DNA of 64,000 bases from a candidate division WWE3 bacterium (GTDB taxonomy: Bacteria; Patescibacteriota; WWE3; 2-01-FULL-39-13), in assembly GCA_943354835.1 (NCBI GenBank), contig CALRDH010000004.1:10851-74850 (forward strand). The letters run 5' to 3'. Position numbers and translations under genes: made by a program. Below, in pieces: positions 58,597 to 64,000 of the stretch (within the stretch, counting starts at the first letter, position 1; every line of letters begins with the position of its first letter). The notes beneath the pieces are model-generated. The model did no database searches. It was given only the letters and a program-made list of their open reading frames with translations, and had not been told where the DNA came from.

Positions 58597-59118
58597 CTAA
58601 GTCAAAACTGGTACTTCTATAATTCCTTCAAAGTAAAATTTATCCTTATTTCTTAAGATATAATCTTTCATAAATTTCTCAAGCGAAAATTTCCTATCTA
58701 GTTCATAGAATTTCTTATCCAAATCATCAAATTCTGGGTTTTCGTTTTCTAAACAATTAACTCTAATGCTCCGATCTTTACTTAGTCCATTACCCATTCT
58801 GTCTGAAGCATCTTTTAATATTTCATAAAAATCTTTTGCCCCCATTTCTTTTAATCCATCAAGAGCATCTTGAAACACTATTCCAGTTGAGTTAAAGAAA
58901 AACTGATCATGACCGCCATTATCAACTTCTGACCGATACCAACCAACTGCGAAAATATACTTTTGTTGTTTCGAGAATTTGTCTAAATCACTAATATATT
59001 TATCATTCCCATCGTAAATAGAAACGCTTTGAAAAAGAGGCGATACTATTCTCCAAGAGGTGTTTTGTTCAATATAGCTATCATTTATAGATATATTCTG
59101 TTTGGTATATTTAATCAT
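58597..59118 (-). CDS. DUF4375/DMP19-like (DNA-mimic-protein-like) domain protein
   Basis: AVGWYRSEVDNGGHDQFFFNSTG matches the WY-x-EV-NGG-x-QFF-NS signature. Confidence 0.5.
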   Translation of the reverse strand: MIKYTKQNISINDSYIEQNTSWRIVSPLFQSVSIYDGNDKYISDLDKFSKQQKYIFAVGWYRSEVDNGGHDQFFFNSTGIVFQDALDGLKEMGAKDFYEILKDASDRMGNGLSKDRSIRVNCLENENPEFDDLDKKFYELDRKFSLEKFMKDYILRNKDKFYFEGIIEVPVLT

Positions 59119-59192
59119 ATCGACATTTTAGCATCATAAGTTTTTCTAGGCTGGGGATCGTTTACCTAGCTAGAACCTATTTTTCTCCACGT

Positions 59193-59960
59193 CTAGATAG
59201 CACTTAAGGATTCTTCCAAGTATTTTTTTACATAGTCGTAGAAATCACCCAGTTTAGCTCGTTCATTAATTGGTACAAATGGCCTAAGGTCAACAATAAA
59301 GTCGTTTTTATTAAATTTATTCAGACTTTCCAACAGTTTATCTTTGCTAAAAACCTCATCATAGTACGCAAGTTTTTTATTTATTAAATCCACATCTAAT
59401 TTGGCGCCAATTTCTAAAAGCAGCCATATATCGTAAAAATCACGATGTTTATTTCTTGTCATGATTGCACGAATTTTCTCTGCTAATATTTCATTTTTAC
59501 TAAGTGTGCTTATGAAACTTTGTATGATTATTGGATATTCAGTTTTAAGTATAGACTCAATAGGTTCAATAACCGACTCTCTCATTGAGAAATCAAGCCT
59601 TACGTACAAGGGTGAAGAAAATCCATTAATATTTGCCGTTAAAAGATATGTTTTTCCTGTCAACGTTTTCTTTTCTTTTATTTGATATGGATACGAAGCT
59701 GAAAGACTCTCAAATATTTTATTAATGCCTTCAATAAATCCTGCTTCATCAATGGAAACGGTAAAATCTAAGTCTTCTGAAAATCTTTTTCCACCATAAA
59801 TTAACCTTAATGCAGTTCCACCTTTAAAATAAATTCCTTTTGAGAGACTTGAAGTATATAGTTCTTTCAAGAAAGTAAGCTGAACATACTCCCTTGCAAT
59901 AACTGATTCGTTCGTGTTGTATCTCTTTGAGAGCTCTTTTATCTGATCTAGTGTAATCAT
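59193..59960 (-). CDS. AbiEii/DUF1814 nucleotidyltransferase toxin (type IV TA/abortive infection)
   Basis: YFKGGTALRLIYGGKRFSEDLDF motif. Confidence 0.7.
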   Translation of the reverse strand: MITLDQIKELSKRYNTNESVIAREYVQLTFLKELYTSSLSKGIYFKGGTALRLIYGGKRFSEDLDFTVSIDEAGFIEGINKIFESLSASYPYQIKEKKTLTGKTYLLTANINGFSSPLYVRLDFSMRESVIEPIESILKTEYPIIIQSFISTLSKNEILAEKIRAIMTRNKHRDFYDIWLLLEIGAKLDVDLINKKLAYYDEVFSKDKLLESLNKFNKNDFIVDLRPFVPINERAKLGDFYDYVKKYLEESLSAI

Positions 59961-60547
59961 ATATATTTATTCAGAATGTTACTAAAACTCTTTGCAAGAT
60001 CAACGTTTAACAATTTAGTAAATTCTTTCAATTTATCCATATCGATTTCCTTATAGTCTAGATTCTCTAAAGAATTTTCAGACCTCAATGATTTAATAAT
60101 CATATACACTTGATCGAAAAGTGCCTTTTCTTTTGTAGCCATTAAATAATTTTTTTCTAAAAAATATCCAGTAAACAAACTCTTATCAGTTTTTGAGTAC
60201 GTATATACTTTTCCTTCGACTTCTTTTTCAACTCTTCTTTTGGTTGTTGCGGAAGTAATTTCAAATGGAAACTGGCTCAAAATTCCATGATAATTTAAAG
60301 CAGTCTCAAATGATATATATGATGGACTATACAGAAACTGTGCGATTTCAAATGAAACAGGAGCCTTATCAGTAAGATAATATTTGCCTTTTTCTAATAC
60401 GGTTATGACCTTATCGTCGACGTATCTTTTTATTAAATTTTCAAGATTTCTTTGGTTGTCAATCTCTAAAAACTTAGCAATATCAAGCGTTGTAAACATA
60501 TTTTTATCGATTTTATAAAGTTTTTGGATGTTTGAATACGATGCCAT
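59957..60547 (-). CDS. AbiEi antitoxin/transcriptional regulator
   Basis: SYISFETALNYHGIL motif. Overlaps abiEii by 4 bp. Confidence 0.6.
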   Translation of the reverse strand: MASYSNIQKLYKIDKNMFTTLDIAKFLEIDNQRNLENLIKRYVDDKVITVLEKGKYYLTDKAPVSFEIAQFLYSPSYISFETALNYHGILSQFPFEITSATTKRRVEKEVEGKVYTYSKTDKSLFTGYFLEKNYLMATKEKALFDQVYMIIKSLRSENSLENLDYKEIDMDKLKEFTKLLNVDLAKSFSNILNKYI

Positions 60548-60586
60548 ATACCACCGATATTAGGTGGTTTGCAACATCGCGTCAAG

Positions 60587-60660
60587 TGGCTGCCCAGCTT
60601 GGATTCGAACCAAGATTATGCGATTCAGAGTCGCAGATCCTACCGTTAGATGACCGGGCA
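60587..60660 (-). tRNA. tRNA-Gln (anticodon CUG), CCA encoded
   Basis: Minus strand reads TGCCCGGTCATCTAACGGTAGGATCTGCGACTCTGAATCGCATAATCTTGGTTCGAATCCAAGCTGGGCAGCCA. It has a U1:A72 pair, anticodon loop CTCTGAA and T-loop TTCGAAT, and resembles E. coli tRNA-Gln. Confidence 0.85.
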
Positions 60661-60671
60661 TTGTTTTTGCT

Positions 60672-60722
60672 CTGCTTATTCACAAGCTACGCTTATTTAC
60701 AAGCTGTGCTTATTTTACTAAT
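60672..60722. repeat. Three tandem approximately 17-bp direct repeats (GCTTATTYACAAGCT) immediately 5-prime of tRNA-Gln
   Basis: TGCTTATTCACAAGCTAC, GCTTATTTACAAGCTGT, GCTTATTTTAC... Confidence 0.55.
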
Positions 60723-61470
60723 TTACTGTGGTTATTACTAGCTTAAGCATGAATTGTTCTGCCCCGCCTGGTTTTATTTTTACGCAATTTGAATCGTCGA
60801 GTATTGCATATTCATTACCAACCCAAGGTTCGAGGCAGATATGAGGGCGATTTGGTTCCAACCAAATCGCCAGAGTTTTTAGGTTTTCTGAAGTTTCCAC
60901 TTTTATATTCGCAATATTTTTAAGTGTAAAAATTATCTCTTTTGGTTTTTCTAGATAAATCGTGCTATCAAAATCAACAATTTTAAATATAAAATTATTT
61001 TTCTCCTCAATCGGTACATAAAAGTATGGATGAAATCCTATGGCAACAGGCATTTCGTTTTCTGAGTTGTTTTTTACAATCACGGTTTGTGAAAATGTAT
61101 TTTCTAAAACTTCAATTATCATCTTTATATCAAAATGATAAGGATAAATTTCAAAGGTTTCAGCGGAATCTTTCAAACTTAAAACAACCTTACTCGAATT
61201 ATTCTCCAAAAGTTCCCAAACCATATCTCTTGCGAATCCATGCTGTTTTAAATTTAGACCCTTTGAATTATCTTCTACGGCTTTTCCGGCATTTGGAAAT
61301 AAAAACGGAATTCCTCCACGATTTTTATAAATATCCCCTACTAAATATTTTCCAAATGGGAATAAAACATCTTTGCCTTCAAATTTGATACAAGAAATAG
61401 TGCCTCCATTTAGATCAATATCCGCGTCCAAATGTCCAAAAGAAACTGGTATTGCTTTTTCCATAAACAT
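60718..61470 (-). CDS. Aldose 1-epimerase-family protein (hexose-6-phosphate mutarotase-like)
   Basis: HGFARDMVWEL, GFHPYF and CLEPW motifs. Confidence 0.65.
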   Translation of the reverse strand: MFMEKAIPVSFGHLDADIDLNGGTISCIKFEGKDVLFPFGKYLVGDIYKNRGGIPFLFPNAGKAVEDNSKGLNLKQHGFARDMVWELLENNSSKVVLSLKDSAETFEIYPYHFDIKMIIEVLENTFSQTVIVKNNSENEMPVAIGFHPYFYVPIEEKNNFIFKIVDFDSTIYLEKPKEIIFTLKNIANIKVETSENLKTLAIWLEPNRPHICLEPWVGNEYAILDDSNCVKIKPGGAEQFMLKLVITTVN

Positions 61471-61492
61471 ATTTAATAATGAATAGACAAAA

Positions 61493-62323
61493 ATGTCTAT
61501 CCAAAACGAGTATCTAACAATTATTGATAGCGATTATAAATACATATCTGTAAGCCAGCCTTATCTTGACCAAATCAAATTAGACACAAAAAGCGTTCTT
61601 GGAAAATCTGTCAAAGACATCTGGCAAGATCCTGAATCACAAAAAAAAATAATTGAAAGTATAGACCTCGCACTTTCAGGTGAAGAAGTAACCTTCCATG
61701 GAAACTTCAAATTTGGAAAAAAAACCAGTTCATACAGAGTAAAATACACACCTCTTTTAGAAAAAAATGGGAAGATTAATAAAATTGTAGTTTCAACACT
61801 AGATATTTCAGACGAGATAGACAAAATAAATCATACAAAAAGAAAATTAAGACTTGATGAATTAACAAAACTCAATAATAAAGAAGCATTCGAAAGCGAC
61901 ATAAAAATTGTAAATAAACTAGCAAGCTCTTATTCATTAATATCTATTGAAATCTACAACCTTCCATCTGTAAACGAAAAATTTCATTGCGAAGTTGGAG
62001 ATCTAGTCATTAGCAAATTTGCAGAATTTCTTACCAGACACCTCGCAAAATCTTCAAGCCTATATAGAATTGTCGGTGACAAATTCATAGCAATTTCATA
62101 TCTAACTAATGAAGAGGATGTCGAAAAAGTTTCAAAAAATTTAATAAAGAAATTAGAAAAAGCTCTATTCAATAGAAAATATTCAATAGGGATATCGGTT
62201 GGAAGTGTAGTTGTAACACATAAGACAAAAACACCAGTCGAAAAACAACTAAAAGCTTTAGAATCAAATCTAGAAAAAAGTAAAAAACTCGGCAAAAATA
62301 AATTTACCTATTCAGAGATTTAA
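61493..62323 (+). CDS. PAS-GGDEF domain protein with degenerate active-site motif (VGDKF instead of GG[DE]EF)
   Basis: GGDEF-domain alignment: DELTKLNNKEAFE, LISIEIYNLPSVNEKFHCEVGDLV, RIVGDKFIAI, SIGISVG and LEKSKKLGKNKF. Confidence 0.65.
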   Translation: MSIQNEYLTIIDSDYKYISVSQPYLDQIKLDTKSVLGKSVKDIWQDPESQKKIIESIDLALSGEEVTFHGNFKFGKKTSSYRVKYTPLLEKNGKINKIVVSTLDISDEIDKINHTKRKLRLDELTKLNNKEAFESDIKIVNKLASSYSLISIEIYNLPSVNEKFHCEVGDLVISKFAEFLTRHLAKSSSLYRIVGDKFIAISYLTNEEDVEKVSKNLIKKLEKALFNRKYSIGISVGSVVVTHKTKTPVEKQLKALESNLEKSKKLGKNKFTYSEI

Positions 62324-63779
62324 TAGTCTTTTCTTTACCAAAAATAAATATTGATTCAAATAAAGGCGGCGAAATTGTACTGCCTGCCAATAAAACTCTT
62401 ATTGGATGAAAAACCTCACCAACTTTCCAACCTAATTCTGATGCACGCTTTACAGTTTTCTCCTCAAGTCCCTTTAAGCTCTCTAAATTCCAATCTCCAA
62501 GATTCTCCAATTCTGACAAAAACCAATTCATATGGCTTTTGATTTCTTCCTTGGATTTATTTTTTGTCAAAAGTTCTTGATTAATTTCTGTGTCCTTAAC
62601 AAAAAAATTATTTAAAGGTAATAAATCTTCGAACTTTTTAATTCTTTGATTATTAATTTCAGCAAATAATAATTTGGTTTCATCATTTAATGAGTTCAAA
62701 AAATTAAGCATCAATTTATAATCGTTTGGTGTCCAATGTGTTTCGAACTCTGTCGCACCTTGATATTCAGAAGATATACAATATTTAAGCCACGAAGTTA
62801 GTCTATTAATAAATTCTTCATCTGAAAGATTTTGTAGGTATTGCCCGTTCATCCATTCCATTTTCACTAGATCAAATTTAGGACTTACTGCTGACAAATC
62901 TTTAAAATCAAAAACTTTTGAAAATTCATCAAACGAAAAAATTTCTTTACCTTCTGGATGGCTCCAGCCCAAAAGTGATATAAAATTTAAAACGGCTTCT
63001 GGTAAATAACCTTTCCTTCTAAACCAGTCGACACTTGAATGGCCTTTTCTTTTTGAAAGTTTCGCACCACTCATATCGGTAATTAATGGAGTGTGAACAA
63101 AAACAGGCATTTCCCAATCAAAATAATCGTATAAAAGTTTATGTTTTGGAAAAGAAGTAATCCATTCAGGACCTCGAAGGACATGAGTTATTTCCATAAG
63201 ATGATCATCAACCATTGCAGCTAAATGATACGTAGGAAATCCATTTCCCTTCATAATTACTTGATCATCAACAGCACTTGAATCAAATTCAATGTCTCCT
63301 CGTATCAAATCATGAACCAATATTTTTGTATTTTCTGGGATTTTCATTCTTATCACAAATTTCTCACCGGCATCAACTCTTTTTTTTGCTTCATCTATAT
63401 TTATTGATCTGCAATGTTTATCGTACATCGGTGGCACTTTCTTTTTTGATTGTTCTTCTCTTAGTTTTGTAAGTCTTTCTTCTGTGCAAAAACAATAATA
63501 AGCATGGCCTTTTTCAATTAACTCATCAGCATGTTTTTTGTATATATCTAACCTTTCAGATTGAATATAGGTTTCATCAAAAGAAATATTTACCCATTTT
63601 AAACCTTTATATAGTGCATCGACTGCACCTTCTACATATCTATTTGTATCAGTGTCTTCTATGCGAACTATAAATTTTCCATTATTTCTAATTGCAAAAG
63701 CTTTATCAAGTAATGCCTGATATAAAGTTCCTAAATGTAAAAAACCTGTAGGACTTGGAGCAATTCGTGTTTTTACCAT
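62304..63779 (-). CDS. gltX: Glutamyl-tRNA synthetase
   Basis: PSPTGFLHLG (HIGH-type) and KLSKRKG (KMSKS-type). Start set at MVKTRIAPSPTG; the upstream MYNQC comes from an ATG inside the ATGTATAAT box. Confidence 0.9.
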   Translation of the reverse strand: MVKTRIAPSPTGFLHLGTLYQALLDKAFAIRNNGKFIVRIEDTDTNRYVEGAVDALYKGLKWVNISFDETYIQSERLDIYKKHADELIEKGHAYYCFCTEERLTKLREEQSKKKVPPMYDKHCRSINIDEAKKRVDAGEKFVIRMKIPENTKILVHDLIRGDIEFDSSAVDDQVIMKGNGFPTYHLAAMVDDHLMEITHVLRGPEWITSFPKHKLLYDYFDWEMPVFVHTPLITDMSGAKLSKRKGHSSVDWFRRKGYLPEAVLNFISLLGWSHPEGKEIFSFDEFSKVFDFKDLSAVSPKFDLVKMEWMNGQYLQNLSDEEFINRLTSWLKYCISSEYQGATEFETHWTPNDYKLMLNFLNSLNDETKLLFAEINNQRIKKFEDLLPLNNFFVKDTEINQELLTKNKSKEEIKSHMNWFLSELENLGDWNLESLKGLEEKTVKRASELGWKVGEVFHPIRVLLAGSTISPPLFESIFIFGKEKTIKSLNR

Positions 63780-64000
63780 GCATTGATTATACATGTGTCC
63801 ACCTATATACTGAAGCTGTATGAACCTAGCAGAAACGCAAGAAAAAGTTAGAAAATTCCTAATAGTAGTCTCAATTGTAACTTTTGCTTATTACACATCA
63901 AAATTTATATTTTTTGAAAGCGTTAATTTATATAGAAGCTTTAACCCAATAAAAAAGCCTGAACCTATACATGCATATGGAATTCTTCCAAAACTAAAAA

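Noticed and set aside
60672-60722. CRISPR array
   Set aside because: Only three abutting 17-bp repeats with no spacers. No cas genes in the window.
49944-63794. Apparent conserved N-terminal peptide MYNC(S/L)MK / MYNQCM on three unrelated proteins (cutA, metallophosphoesterase, gltX)
   Set aside because: It arises because the -10 box ATGTATAAT contains an in-frame ATG 15 nt upstream of the real leaderless start. It is not a shared protein motif.

Overview
This is a gene-dense, AT-rich (roughly 30-33% GC by eye) bacterial chromosomal segment with short intergenic gaps and many overlapping stop/start codons. The gene content (small single-copy housekeeping genes, short SufD, type IV pilin, duplicated GreA, VanW, CAP-domain surface protein, many leaderless genes) fits a small-genome lineage such as the Candidate Phyla Radiation/Patescibacteria. 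That placement is inference only. TGA is used as a stop codon and RF2 is present, so the standard code 11 applies.

Left half, about 0-32 kb: a long co-directional minus-strand housekeeping array. It runs NYN, M23 peptidase, ftsX, ftsE, prfB, a GalT/HIT-like gene, an FNR-like gene, DUF1858, sufU-sufS-sufD-sufB-sufC with an ArsR-type regulator, then secA, uppP, PAP2, serS, an HD gene, lysS and tandem greA paralogs. The plus strand carries an XRE regulator, an M16 peptidase and pyrD.

Right half: two tRNAs, Glu-CUC at 32.69 kb and Gln-CUG at 60.6 kb, bracket a mosaic of about 28 kb. Housekeeping genes there (tgt, typA, DEAD-box helicase, msrB, cutA, gltX just outside) are interleaved with accessory or defence-like genes:
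- VapBC and AbiEi/AbiEii toxin-antitoxin modules
- two RhuM-family paralogs
- an ImmA/IrrE-like peptidase fused in an operon with two membrane proteins
- NUDIX and nucleotidyltransferase-like genes preceded by conserved leader peptides
- a DMP19/DUF4375-like protein
- several GC-elevated ORFs, up to about 48% GC

No rRNA, CRISPR array, transposase or integrase was recognised.

Most notable findings:
- pervasive leaderless TATAAT-N6-9-ATG promoter architecture, including a duplicated 42-bp bidirectional promoter module
- a 40-bp decayed duplicate of the pyrD 3-prime end flanking a 1.46-kb insert
- a LysRS with a roughly 250-aa C-terminal B3/B4-like domain
- a class-2-type DHODH with Cys at the catalytic-base position
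- paired AGTGGC/GCCACT palindromes next to a 48% GC ORF
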